From an uncultured Lentisphaerales bacterium (GTDB lineage Bacteria > Verrucomicrobiota > Lentisphaeria > JABSQK01): DNA of 61,854 nt. Where the stretch lies: the NCBI GenBank assembly GCA_964384625.1, contig CAYLNH010000009.1:1-61854 (forward strand), written 5' to 3'. The position numbers and the translations under genes are program-made. Positions 44,104-53,167 of this stretch are shown in pieces; position 1 is the first letter of the stretch, and the number at the start of each line of letters is the position of its first letter. Below the pieces are notes generated by a model. That model was not told where the DNA came from, searched no databases, and worked only from the letters and a program-made list of their open reading frames with translations.

Positions 44104-44565
44104 CTACTTCGTCAGGCGTTTGATCAGTTCCGCGTGTTGCGGGAACTGTTTGAGCAGCGTCTCCTGGTCGCCCGGTTCGAAGTCGGCGAAGTCGAAGCCG
44201 GGGGCAACGGTGCAGCCGACCAGGGCGAAGGAGTCCGGTTCGTCGACTGTCGCGCCAAACCAGGATCCCGCCGACACGACGCGTTGGAACGCGCCCGGCC
44301 CGAGGTTCAACGGCTGGTATTCGCCCGCGTCGTTGATGACGTGGATCGTCAACGACGAGCCCCGATAGAAGTGCCAGATCTCGTCGGACTTGATGCGATG
44401 GAACGCCGACACCTGATCGCTCTTCAGCAGGAAGTAGATGGCGGTGGCATAACTGCGGTCGAGCTCGGCAATGCGGGCCGCAGCCCGGTAGGTCTCGCGG
44501 TAGTAGCCGCCTTCCGGATGCGGGTGGAGGTCAAGGTATTGGATGAGTTCTTCAGCCGGGATCAT
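44104..44565 (-). CDS. Cupin-fold protein (DUF985-like)
   Basis: 153 aa with HPEGGYYRETYR ... FHRIKSDEIWHFYRGS ... GCTVAPGFDFADFE typical of the cupin_5/DUF985 family. Overlaps the hemE stop by 4 nt. Confidence 0.6.
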   Translation of the reverse strand: MIPAEELIQYLDLHPHPEGGYYRETYRAAARIAELDRSYATAIYFLLKSDQVSAFHRIKSDEIWHFYRGSSLTIHVINDAGEYQPLNLGPGAFQRVVSAGSWFGATVDEPDSFALVGCTVAPGFDFADFEPGDQETLLKQFPQHAELIKRLTK

Positions 44566-45608
44566 TTGCGTGCCCTGGTGTGGGTGTGAACGAAATCGAC
44601 GAGTGCTTTGATATTCTCGAGCGACGTTTCTTTGAATACGCCATGCCCCAGGTTCATGACATGTCCGGGCCGGCCGTTGACCGCGTCCAGGAGGCGTGCC
44701 ACCTGGATCTTCATTTCATTGACAGGTCCCAGCAGCAGCGCTGGATCCAGGTTTCCCTGGACGGCGACGTCGGTGCCGAGCTGGTCCCAGGCATCAAGCA
44801 GATCGATGCGCCAGTCGATGCCGATGACATCGCCGCCGGCCTCGCGGAACAGCGGCAGATACGCCGACCCGCGCGTGCCGAAGCTGATCAGCGGCACGGT
44901 GGGGCAGGCTTCTTTCACCTGGTTGATCAGGCGTTGCGTGTGCGGCAGCACGAATTCGCGAAAATCGTAGGGGCTCAATGTGCCGACCCAGGAATCAAAG
45001 ATCTGCAGAGCCTTGGCCCCGGCCTTTACCTGGGCAATCAGGTAGTCGCCGACTTGCCGAGTCAGTTTTTCCATCAGCTTGTGCCACCATCGGCGATCGC
45101 CGTACATCAGGGCTTTGACCAGTTTATAGTGCTTCGGCCGATGCCCTTCGATTGCATAGCTGGCCAGCGTGAACGGGGCGCCGGAAAAGCCGATGACCGG
45201 TACGACGCCACGCAGTTCACGACAGCTTTCCCGCAGCGACTTAAGGACCTCCTTGGCGGCGGTCTCCGGCGGCGGCGTGATCAGTGACTCAATGTCGGCA
45301 TGCGAACGGATCCGGCGTTCGATGATGCCGCCCTTGCCGTCTTCAAAGCGGAGCGGTACGCCCATGCCTTCAAGGACGATCAAGACGTCACTGCAGGCGA
45401 TGGCGGCATCCACCCCGAACTCATCAACGGGCAGACGCACAACCTGAACCGCAAGCTCCGGTGTTTTGATCAGGTCCATCAAGCCATGCTTGCCGAGCAA
45501 CTCACCGTAGTCCGGCAAGTGCCGGCCGGCCTGACGCATGAGCCAGATCGGGGTGCAGTCCGTCTTTTCCCGGCGGCAGGCTTTCAGAAAACGGTCAGCT
45601 TGTGACAT
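44562..45608 (-). CDS. hemE: Uroporphyrinogen decarboxylase
   Basis: N-terminal TPIWLMRQAGRHLPDY signature and a URO-D fold throughout. 348 aa. Confidence 0.9.
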   Translation of the reverse strand: MSQADRFLKACRREKTDCTPIWLMRQAGRHLPDYGELLGKHGLMDLIKTPELAVQVVRLPVDEFGVDAAIACSDVLIVLEGMGVPLRFEDGKGGIIERRIRSHADIESLITPPPETAAKEVLKSLRESCRELRGVVPVIGFSGAPFTLASYAIEGHRPKHYKLVKALMYGDRRWWHKLMEKLTRQVGDYLIAQVKAGAKALQIFDSWVGTLSPYDFREFVLPHTQRLINQVKEACPTVPLISFGTRGSAYLPLFREAGGDVIGIDWRIDLLDAWDQLGTDVAVQGNLDPALLLGPVNEMKIQVARLLDAVNGRPGHVMNLGHGVFKETSLENIKALVDFVHTHTRARK

Positions 45609-45639
45609 GTGTTCCTCTCAGTCGTCTCAATAATCGGTA

Positions 45640-46020
45640 ATCAGCATTCAGTCATTGATGTCCCCGACAGAAGTCGGGGGAGGCGCGGTCGAGACGACCG
45701 CGGCCACGCTCGGAAGCAGACTGTCTGAGACGGTCCGCAGGACTTCTGTCGGGTGCATTCAGTCATTGGTCATTGACGAAGTTCCTGAGCCCCGTCGAAG
45801 GGGGCATTGGTCCCGCATCGATCACTGGTTACTCTTTTCTGAACAGCCGTCCGAAAATGTATCATGAGCAGGTGTCTCGGCGAAGCCCCGACTCTCAAGA
45901 GGTCGGGGCGAAGACGGATCCCTGCTCATGCCCCGGAGCACAAGCAGGGATGCTGGTGATACAATCGGAGTTCGCGCCTGTTCAGTCGCTCACGGAGTGA
46001 GAAAATCATCGGGGCGCTGA
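45640..46020. repeat. Repeat-dense intergenic region holding three hairpin/repeat motifs (detailed in evidence)
   Basis: Three motifs: the gcattcagtcattg motif twice; two ccccgacagaagtcggggg / gacttctgtcggg hairpins; and one core hairpin gaagccccgactctcaagaggtcggggcgaagacggat (45883..45920) nested inside the inverted repeat catgagcagg ... cctgctcatg. There is also tandem attactg x2 at the 3' edge. tcattggtcattga is the reverse complement of the ccaatgacc tandem motif at 37150. Confidence 0.7.
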
Positions 46021-47016
46021 TTACTGATTACTGGTTCTGTACCATTCGATCGTGCGGCGCAGACCTTCCTCGTTGTCGATTTTCGGGTTGTAGCCGAAGT
46101 CCTCGCGGGCCCGAGTGATGTCAAAGTAATGCGAAGTCGCAAAATTGCTCGCCAGAAACCGGGTCAATCGCGGTTCTCCGAGGAAAGGCAGCAGGCGGTA
46201 CACGGTCTCCATGACGCCGCCGATGAACACGGCTTTGCCGGCCGAGATGTGTTTGGTCGGCAGCGGCAGATCCAAACGGCGCAGGAGTTCATCGATCCAG
46301 TCCCACATGTTCACCGGGGCGCCGTCGCTGATGAAATAGGCGTGGCCGGCGACGGGCGAATCCGGCGCCAGCTTGTCGGCGGCCCGCAGATGGGCGTCGG
46401 CGCCGTTCTCGACATAGGTCAGGTCGACCAGGTTTGTGCCGTCGCCGACGCGGACAAGTTTACCGGCGCGGGCGCGTTGGGCCAGCATGGGGATGATATG
46501 CGAGTCTCTGGGGCCCCAGATGATGTGCGGCCGCAGCGAGCAGGTGGACAGGGCGTCGTCGTTGGCGGCCAGGACCTCCTTCTCGGCGATCATCTTGGTG
46601 GCGGGATAATGCGCCAGATACTTGTCCGGATAGGGTTGCGATTCGTCGACGCCTTCGAGGTCGCCCATAGGGAACACGACGCTGGGGGTGCTGGTGTAGA
46701 TCAGTCTGGGCACGCCGTGGGCCCGGCAGCCGGCCAGAACATTGCGGGTGCCGGTGACGTTGATGTCGAAGAACTGCTGGTATCTGCCCCAGACGGCGGC
46801 CAGCGAGGCGACATGGAAAACCGCGTCCATCCCGGTGCAGGCGTTTCTGACGGCGTCGGCATCGCGCAGGTCGGCGCGGACACAGTCGACGCCGAGTTGC
46901 TTGAGTTCGGGGTAATCGCCGCGCGCCAGGCTGCGGACGTCATCGCCGCGGGCGATCAGTTTTTCAACGATGTAGCGGGCGAGGAAACCACCGCCCCCCG
47001 TGACGAGGGCTTTCAT
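46021..47016 (-). CDS. NAD(P)-dependent epimerase/dehydratase, 3-beta-hydroxysteroid-dehydrogenase family (OleD-like reductase)
   Basis: Rossmann motif MKALVTGGGGFLARYIV. The active-site Y-x3-K is in YPATKMIAEK. 3beta-HSD family length and architecture. Overlaps the upstream AMP-ligase gene by 4 nt. Confidence 0.65.
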   Translation of the reverse strand: MKALVTGGGGFLARYIVEKLIARGDDVRSLARGDYPELKQLGVDCVRADLRDADAVRNACTGMDAVFHVASLAAVWGRYQQFFDINVTGTRNVLAGCRAHGVPRLIYTSTPSVVFPMGDLEGVDESQPYPDKYLAHYPATKMIAEKEVLAANDDALSTCSLRPHIIWGPRDSHIIPMLAQRARAGKLVRVGDGTNLVDLTYVENGADAHLRAADKLAPDSPVAGHAYFISDGAPVNMWDWIDELLRRLDLPLPTKHISAGKAVFIGGVMETVYRLLPFLGEPRLTRFLASNFATSHYFDITRAREDFGYNPKIDNEEGLRRTIEWYRTSNQ

Positions 47017-48758
47017 TGCGAAAGCATCTCCAGGGCCCATTGGGCCAGACGTTCACGGTTGATCTTGGCATTATGCCGCACGTCAACCGGTAGTTCTTCG
47101 TTGAACAAAATGGTCTGGATCATCCGCGTGGCATCGTGTTTCTCGGCGACTTTCAACAAGGCGTTGCGCAGGATTTTCTGTTTATCCGGGGGCGGCAGTT
47201 CCTCGCCGGTCGGTTCCACCACGAGCACCGGCAACTGGTTATATCGCGACGGGCCGACGCCGACCAGGGCGCAGCGATAGACGTCGGGATGTTCGTTGAA
47301 CACGGCTTCACAACCGAGGGTGTAGAGCCGGCGGCCTGGGATTTCGACGCGGATCGGCCGGCTCGGCGGCAGGGAGATATATTGCACGCGGCCTTCGATT
47401 TCAATGCGCTGGGAGCGCCGGCCCAAGAGCCAGAGGCGCCCGCGCTTGTCGAAGTAGCCCAAGTCTCCGATCCGGTGCCAGAAGGGGCCGTCGATGTCTT
47501 CGGTCTCGTAGATCTTGTGGGCTTCGTCGTGATGCGGCGTACGGAAATAGGCCGGGCTGACATTGGCGCCTTTGACCACGATTTCGCCGATGCGGCCCGG
47601 CGGCAGGACCTCGGCGTAGCTCCAGTACGGGATGGGGTCGTCGGATACGGCGATAATCTCGATGTCAACCCCCGGCAGCGGTTCGCCCACGCAGAAGCCG
47701 CGGCCGCGGGACGTGAGTTCGCAGGTTTCCTCGAGCATCAGCGTGCCGCGGAAAGAGGTGACCGGCAGGCATTCGGTGGCGCCGTAGGGGGTGTAAATGT
47801 CGCCGTCCTCCGGCAGGACGCTGCCGAGCATGCGGACGTGCAGGTAGGCGGGCACCGGCGCGCCGGCCATGAAGACTTTCTTCAACGAGTCGAAGCGCAC
47901 CTTATTCTGCTGGCACCAATAGCTGACCACGGCCCACAGCGCCGGCGACCCGAAACTGATGGTTGGTTTATGCTCGCGCACCAGCGAGGCGATGTTCTTC
48001 GGCTCGACGTCGATCGGCGAGGTATAGTCCATGTCCGGGAAGACCACGGTGCAGCCCATCGACAGCGTGTAGAGGCTGAACAACATGAAGGCCGGCATAT
48101 CGATGTCGTCCTCGGTCAGCTCATAGGCGGTCTGCAGCAGTTCGCGTTGGCGGCAGAACATGCCGTGGGTGTACACGACGCCTTTCGGCGGTCCGGTACT
48201 GCCGCTGGTGAAGACGATGGCGGCCGGGTCGTCCGGCCGGGTGGCGATTGCGGGGATCGGGCCGTCGCGCACGTCAATGTCGTTCAGGTTGTTGCCGCCC
48301 CAGACAAAGCTGCTGCCGATGGTCACCTTGATCTTGACGGACTTGAAGTATTTCCGATACAGCAGTTTGGCCGCCTGCGCCCTGGCGACGCCGACAAATG
48401 CTTCGGGCGCCGAGAGTTCGACGCAGCTGAGCATCTTTTCTTTGCCGATGCCCGGGTCGATCAACACCGGCACGGCGCCGATCTTGAACAGCGCGAAGAC
48501 AAGGGGAAGAAATTCAAGGCAGGGGCTGACCATGTAGCTGACGCGCATGCCGGGGGTCACCCCGATCTTCAGGAACCCGCGGGCGAAGGCATCGATCTGG
48601 TCGTTCAATTCCCGGTAGGTAAGCCTGGAATAGGTGATATTCCCTTCGCCGTCGTTGCTCTCGGGAAACAGAACCGCTGTCTTGTCCGGGGTGCGCTCGG
48701 CGTATTCCGGGATGAATGCGGCCAAATTGGCAATATTGTCGCCGGGGGTGTCACTCAT
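47013..48758 (-). CDS. AMP-dependent synthetase/ligase of the OleC (olefin/beta-lactone synthetase) type
   Basis: Adenylation motifs IVFTSGSTGPPKGVVY, YTPYGATECLPV and GDLGYFDKRGRLWLLGR. The N-terminal FALFKIGAVPVLIDPG and C-terminal VDVRHNAKINRERLAQWA blocks are as I recall for OleC-family enzymes. 581 aa. Confidence 0.6.
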   Translation of the reverse strand: MSDTPGDNIANLAAFIPEYAERTPDKTAVLFPESNDGEGNITYSRLTYRELNDQIDAFARGFLKIGVTPGMRVSYMVSPCLEFLPLVFALFKIGAVPVLIDPGIGKEKMLSCVELSAPEAFVGVARAQAAKLLYRKYFKSVKIKVTIGSSFVWGGNNLNDIDVRDGPIPAIATRPDDPAAIVFTSGSTGPPKGVVYTHGMFCRQRELLQTAYELTEDDIDMPAFMLFSLYTLSMGCTVVFPDMDYTSPIDVEPKNIASLVREHKPTISFGSPALWAVVSYWCQQNKVRFDSLKKVFMAGAPVPAYLHVRMLGSVLPEDGDIYTPYGATECLPVTSFRGTLMLEETCELTSRGRGFCVGEPLPGVDIEIIAVSDDPIPYWSYAEVLPPGRIGEIVVKGANVSPAYFRTPHHDEAHKIYETEDIDGPFWHRIGDLGYFDKRGRLWLLGRRSQRIEIEGRVQYISLPPSRPIRVEIPGRRLYTLGCEAVFNEHPDVYRCALVGVGPSRYNQLPVLVVEPTGEELPPPDKQKILRNALLKVAEKHDATRMIQTILFNEELPVDVRHNAKINRERLAQWALEMLSQ

Positions 48759-48926
48759 GCTGATCGTTGGCGCGGCGCCGTCTTTCTCCCTGGGGCCTAT
48801 ACTAAAAGACCAAGCTTAAAAAATGTACTCGGTCAGCCCGGATTTTCAACCCGCTTGAGGCAAATTCAGACGTTCGCCACCCCCGCGTGTGCACTGCTTT
48901 GCCGGTGAAAATCACCGGCTTCGGGA

Positions 48927-50015
48927 TCAGGTGATTCGAATGACGGACGAGAGCCGGAACGGGGCCAGGGCGGCCGGGTCCGGGCGGGTAAACCCGGCGG
49001 CGTCGGCCGCCGGCACCAGGCGGCCGCCGGATATTTCAACCGGCGGCAGGGGCTGGGCCCGCAGGTGGCCGGACCCGAGCGCATGCGGATGGGTCATGCC
49101 CGGTGCCGTGGCCAATTCGGCGTTGACGGCGGCGCCGAGACTGCTCTCCAGCATACTGCCGACCCAGCAGCCGATGCGCCTGTGACGGCAGAGCGTCAGG
49201 ATTTCGAGGGCTGCTCCCAGGCCGCCGACCCGCCCGGGCTTCAGATTGATGATGCGGCAGGCCCCGGTTTCGATTGCCGCCGCCGCATCGTTTCGGGAAC
49301 AGATGCTCTCGTCCAGACAGATCGGCGTTTGCAGCCGCGCCTGCAGTTGTGCGTGTCCTTCCAGGTCTGCCGGCGGCAACGGCTGTTCGATCATCTCCAG
49401 GCGCAGTGGTTCAAGGGCCAGCAGCCGATCCAGGTCGGTTCGGCGGTAGGCGCCGTTGCAGTCAACCTGCAGCGGCAGCGTGGGGAACCGCCGCCGGACC
49501 GCCTGCAGCAGCTCGAGGTCCCGGCCGGGGTGGATCTTGAGCTTCACGCGCGGCGCCGCGGCATTGGCCGCAACCGCCGCCAGGAGGTCCTCGAGACCGG
49601 ACTGAACGCTGACGGCGGCGCCGACCGCGACGGCGGCGTCGCCGCCGTCGAACAACCGCCGCAGCGGGACGTCGCGGCGGACCGCCTGCAGCACCCACCA
49701 GCAAGTGTCCAACGCGGCCCGGGAGAAGTTGCGGCCGGCATCGGCGGGCAGGGCTTCCTGGAGTTCCGCCGGCGTCGTGATCTCGACGCCGAGCACGGCC
49801 GGCGCCAGTTCCGCCAGATGCTCAATCACCGCCGCCGCCGGTTCCGGGTAGTACTCCGACATGGCCGGCGGACAGGACTCGACCCAGGCGCTGTGGTCGC
49901 CGGCGCCGGCCCGGAGGTAGATTGTCTCCACGGTGTCGATCACGCCGCGGGCGGTGGCCCACGGCGACCGCAGCGGGAACGCCAGATGATGGATTTCAAG
50001 GGAGTCGATTCGCAT
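48927..50015 (-). CDS. Enolase-superfamily enzyme (o-succinylbenzoate synthase / N-acylamino-acid racemase / dipeptide-epimerase-like)
   Basis: MRIDSLEIHHLAFPLRSPWATARG start typical of OSBS/MLE subgroup capping domains. Barrel metal-ligand context LKIHPGRD ... DCNGAY ... IEQPL ... CLDES ... INLKPGRVGG. Start taken at the second Met. Confidence 0.6.
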   Translation of the reverse strand: MRIDSLEIHHLAFPLRSPWATARGVIDTVETIYLRAGAGDHSAWVESCPPAMSEYYPEPAAAVIEHLAELAPAVLGVEITTPAELQEALPADAGRNFSRAALDTCWWVLQAVRRDVPLRRLFDGGDAAVAVGAAVSVQSGLEDLLAAVAANAAAPRVKLKIHPGRDLELLQAVRRRFPTLPLQVDCNGAYRRTDLDRLLALEPLRLEMIEQPLPPADLEGHAQLQARLQTPICLDESICSRNDAAAAIETGACRIINLKPGRVGGLGAALEILTLCRHRRIGCWVGSMLESSLGAAVNAELATAPGMTHPHALGSGHLRAQPLPPVEISGGRLVPAADAAGFTRPDPAALAPFRLSSVIRIT

Positions 50016-50102
50016 GGCAGCAAAGAGAAACGGTGGACGGCGATGATGCAAGGGCGCCGGCGCCGCAAAGCGTCCGCCGGCAGCGGCGGGTTCGCGCCTG
50101 CG

Positions 50103-51161
50103 TCACTCGCGGTCGAGATCATCGAGGAATCGGTCGATCATCGAAGAGCTCTTGGTTGCCCCGCGGTCTTTGAGCAGTTTGGCGGCTTTGCCGGTGGCGT
50201 AGTCCAGCGGGAGGCGGCCCTCGTTGTCCCGCGCGTTCACCTCGGCGCCGTGCTCGAGCAGCAGGATGGTGATTTCCAGGTTGTTGTTGGTGACGGCATA
50301 GTGCAGCGGCGTCCAGCCGTCTTTGTCGGCCACGGCGACTTTCGCGTTCCGTTCCACCAGCAGTTCGACGGCTTCCTGGGAGCCGCGCATCACAGCCATA
50401 TGCAGGGGCGTCATGGAGCCGAGCCGCAGGGCTTCGATCCTGCCGCCCTGATCGAGCAGCAGTTTCATGACGTTCACGTGGTTGTTCCGTGCCGCCAGAT
50501 GCAGCGGGGTTTCATGCTTGTGGTTGAAGATATTGGCATCGACGCCTTTGCCGAGCAGTGCCTTGACCAACCGCACATGGCCGTTGGCCGCCGCCGCCAG
50601 CAGCAGTTGCTCGCCGTCCCGTTGGACATTGACCATGGCGCCGGCCTGCAGCAGCAATGCAACGATCTCCTCCCGGTTCCCGGCGACCGCCAGGACCAAC
50701 GGCGATTCGCCCGTGTTGGTCCGGACATTGACGTCGGCGCCGTATTCCAGCAGGAGCCGGGTTTCGCGGCCGCGGCCGTGTTCCGCCGCCAGGTGCAGGG
50801 GGGCGCCGCCCGGCACGCTCAAGGCATTCGGGTCGGCATCGGCGGCGAGCATGGCTTCGACCATGCGGCTCCGGCCGCGGACCACGGCCAGGCCGAGTGG
50901 GGTATATTCCACCGGCAGCGGCTCCAGTCGATCGTCCGGGTCGGCCTCGTGATGGATCACCAGTTCATAGTAGATCGAACGCTGTTCCAGCTGGTCCGGG
51001 TCCCAGCGCAGGATGTAGTCCACCGCGTCGTTGTCGCCAAGCGCGACAAAAGCCAGCAGATTCATCCGCTCTGCGGCATAGCGGTTCAGCCAGAAATGGA
51101 CGAAAATGCCGAAACCGCCGAGCACCACAGCGATGAGAATGGATGTCGGGAGCCGTTTCAT
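50103..51161 (-). CDS. Ankyrin-repeat protein with an N-terminal TM anchor
   Basis: TM ILIAVVLGGFGIFVHFW, then at least 7 ankyrin repeats (TPLGLAVVRGRSRMVEAMLAADADPN, APLHLAAEHGRGRETRLLLEYGADVN, SPLVLAVAGNREEIVALLLQAGAMVN, TPLHLAARNNHVNVMKLLLDQGG, TPLHMAVMRGSQEAVELLVERNAKV, TPLHYAVTNNNLEITILLLEHGAEVN). Confidence 0.8.
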   Translation of the reverse strand: MKRLPTSILIAVVLGGFGIFVHFWLNRYAAERMNLLAFVALGDNDAVDYILRWDPDQLEQRSIYYELVIHHEADPDDRLEPLPVEYTPLGLAVVRGRSRMVEAMLAADADPNALSVPGGAPLHLAAEHGRGRETRLLLEYGADVNVRTNTGESPLVLAVAGNREEIVALLLQAGAMVNVQRDGEQLLLAAAANGHVRLVKALLGKGVDANIFNHKHETPLHLAARNNHVNVMKLLLDQGGRIEALRLGSMTPLHMAVMRGSQEAVELLVERNAKVAVADKDGWTPLHYAVTNNNLEITILLLEHGAEVNARDNEGRLPLDYATGKAAKLLKDRGATKSSSMIDRFLDDLDRE

Positions 51162-51234
51162 CAGGTCTCACAAGTACTCCGTTGATTGGCGCGGATCAAC
51201 TCGAAAGGAGTTGCAGCAGACTTGCCGAGCGACC

Positions 51235-51900
51235 TCAGTCATCCACCGTGGAAGAGCGGTCGCCCCACTTTCCGTTTGCATAGGCACGGACTTCAGCCGC
51301 CAGCCGGCGGTCGGCGGCGGTGAGTTTGCGGCGCTGCAGATAGACGTGGAGGAAGTGGAGCTGTTCCCGCTGCGTGCACCATTTGCGGGCGTCCTTGTAG
51401 AGGAACGCCAGCTCCTTGACCACCAGATAGCGGCGGCGGACCGCCGTCGGCCTGATGATGCAGCTGGTGACGTCGATAAAGTAGATCCGCGGTTCCTCGA
51501 GCTGATCCCGCTGCACCAGAACATTGCGGAAGTTCAGGTTGAGATGGAAGAAATCGTTCTCGTGCATGACCCGCACCCAGTGGGCAATCTGCCCGCTGAC
51601 CGCCAGCCGGAACCGGCGGTTGGCGCGGATCTCGGCGTATTCATCCAGACACATCAGATAGCGGATATCCGTCGTGTCCGCCAACTTCTCCATCGAGATC
51701 GACGAATAGGTGAGCAGCCCCAGGGCGTTGCGGTGATCCTCGAACTCGAGACCGCCGGGGCAGGGCACGCCGATCCGGCGCATATACTCGTAGTTGTGAT
51801 ATTCGCGCTTGGACTTCGACGCGCGAAGCCGCTTCCAGAAGCGCCAGCCGTAGCTTTCGACGTAGTCCCGGACCTTGGTGAATCTATCGGCTTCGGTCAC
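51235..51900 (-). CDS. Lipopolysaccharide kinase (Kdo/WaaP/InaA) family protein
   Basis: 221 aa. Kinase-like core with HENDFFHLNLNFRNVLVQ (catalytic-loop-like H-x-D ... N) and IDVTSC (DFG-equivalent region) typical of Kdo/LPS kinase family members. Confidence 0.55.
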   Translation of the reverse strand: MTEADRFTKVRDYVESYGWRFWKRLRASKSKREYHNYEYMRRIGVPCPGGLEFEDHRNALGLLTYSSISMEKLADTTDIRYLMCLDEYAEIRANRRFRLAVSGQIAHWVRVMHENDFFHLNLNFRNVLVQRDQLEEPRIYFIDVTSCIIRPTAVRRRYLVVKELAFLYKDARKWCTQREQLHFLHVYLQRRKLTAADRRLAAEVRAYANGKWGDRSSTVDD

Positions 51901-53164
51901 CGACTTTCCCTTCGTCTGCCGCCGTTTCGCCCGCGCGGGTCCTGTGATCAGGCGTGTTCATCAATGGTGGATCAAAGGCGCCGGCAATGTCGTCCCAGCG
52001 CACGAGCTTGAAATTCTGATTGCCGTCGTCGTTGCGGTCGTCCTGGGCGACAAACAAGCCGCGCTCGAACGGCCGGCCGAGACCGACATTGGCGACGTCG
52101 ATGCCGTCGGTGCCGCTGACGCCGTCTACCGTGCCGCCGGCAATGCGGAAACTGCCCAGGTACCGGTACGGCGGCCGCCGGCTGAACACGGCAAACCGGC
52201 TGTTGCCCTGACTCGACACCAGAAGATAACCCCGGCTGTCGGCGGCGCAATACAATGCCAGTCCTTCCACGTCTGCCCGGAGCGGTCCCGGAAATCGGAT
52301 CGGGATAATCAGTTCTCCCGTGGTGCCGGCATCGGGCTCAGCCGCAAACGCCCAGACCCCGCGTTTCTCTTCCGCGATGTACACCACGGCGGTTTCATCA
52401 TCCGCCACGCAGCCTTCCGACTTGCCGTCCAGTCGGAATTGTCGGACGCGCGTGCCGGTCAGCCCGTCGGCGGCCGTCAGCCGCCATTGTTCCAGGCGGC
52501 CGTCGGTGCCGGTAACGAACGCGTAAAAGGCGGGCGAACTGCTGCTGTGATACAGGCAGAGGCCGTACGGCTCAAAGCCGATTTCAATCTTGCCTGCCGG
52601 CAGCAGCCGGGCGGTTGCGGGATCGACGCGATAGGCGTCAATCGATCGGCTGCTGCGATTGGACGCGGCAACGACGGCGCCGGCGCCCGCCGGCCACGGG
52701 AAGGCGTCGCGCACGTCGACGTTGTTCATCCGGCCGTCCGCCCGGTATTGCAGCTGCGTGCCGTCCAGCGAGTAGACTGCGATCCCCCCGTCCTTGTCGG
52801 TACCGATAACCGTGCTGCGCTCCGGCTGCGTCGGATGCCGCCAGATGCAGATGTCGTCGGCGGCATCGCTGCCGTGCGGCACGGGATCGGTTTCGACGAT
52901 TGCCCGGACGGTCCTCGTGTGGCGCTGCAGCCAGATATGGCCGGCCGCCGCCAGGACAAGCAGTCCAACTCCCGCGGGAAGGAGGCGTCGCAGGTGTTTG
53001 CGGGCTCTGGTGATCTGGGGCAATTGTGGTCCTTTCCGCAGCTTCGGGAGCGCTTCGGTTCCTGCCGGAAAGCGCCTCACTGGCAAACGGTTAAATCCCG
53101 TGTAAAGTACTGCCCTTTCGCGAAACGTGAAAGATTTGAACCGCAGAAACCGTCCAAGGCACAT
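51884..53164 (-). CDS. Beta-propeller phytase (3-phytase) family protein; start codon uncertain
   Basis: BPP signatures DAADDICIWRHP (compare ADDPAIW), repeated GT/DG blade motifs and EGLALY. The N-terminal part of the ORF as drawn lacks a convincing Met start. A signal-peptide-like LLPAGVGLLVLAAAG stretch suggests a non-ATG start downstream of 53164. Confidence 0.5.
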   Translation of the reverse strand: MCLGRFLRFKSFTFRERAVLYTGFNRLPVRRFPAGTEALPKLRKGPQLPQITRARKHLRRLLPAGVGLLVLAAAGHIWLQRHTRTVRAIVETDPVPHGSDAADDICIWRHPTQPERSTVIGTDKDGGIAVYSLDGTQLQYRADGRMNNVDVRDAFPWPAGAGAVVAASNRSSRSIDAYRVDPATARLLPAGKIEIGFEPYGLCLYHSSSSPAFYAFVTGTDGRLEQWRLTAADGLTGTRVRQFRLDGKSEGCVADDETAVVYIAEEKRGVWAFAAEPDAGTTGELIIPIRFPGPLRADVEGLALYCAADSRGYLLVSSQGNSRFAVFSRRPPYRYLGSFRIAGGTVDGVSGTDGIDVANVGLGRPFERGLFVAQDDRNDDGNQNFKLVRWDDIAGAFDPPLMNTPDHRTRAGETAADEGKVGDRSR

Positions 53165-53167
53165 CTT

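Noticed and set aside
49065-51185. 706-aa plus-strand ORF
   Set aside because: Antisense to both the enolase-superfamily gene and the ankyrin-repeat gene, both of which have strong family signatures. The translation is Arg/Gly/Asp-rich with no motifs.
51875-53167. N-terminal 430 aa of the long plus-strand ORF fused in-frame upstream of alaS
   Set aside because: This upstream portion is antisense to the beta-propeller phytase gene and lacks AlaRS similarity. AlaRS homology begins precisely at Met 53168 (MTASELRQKYLDFF).
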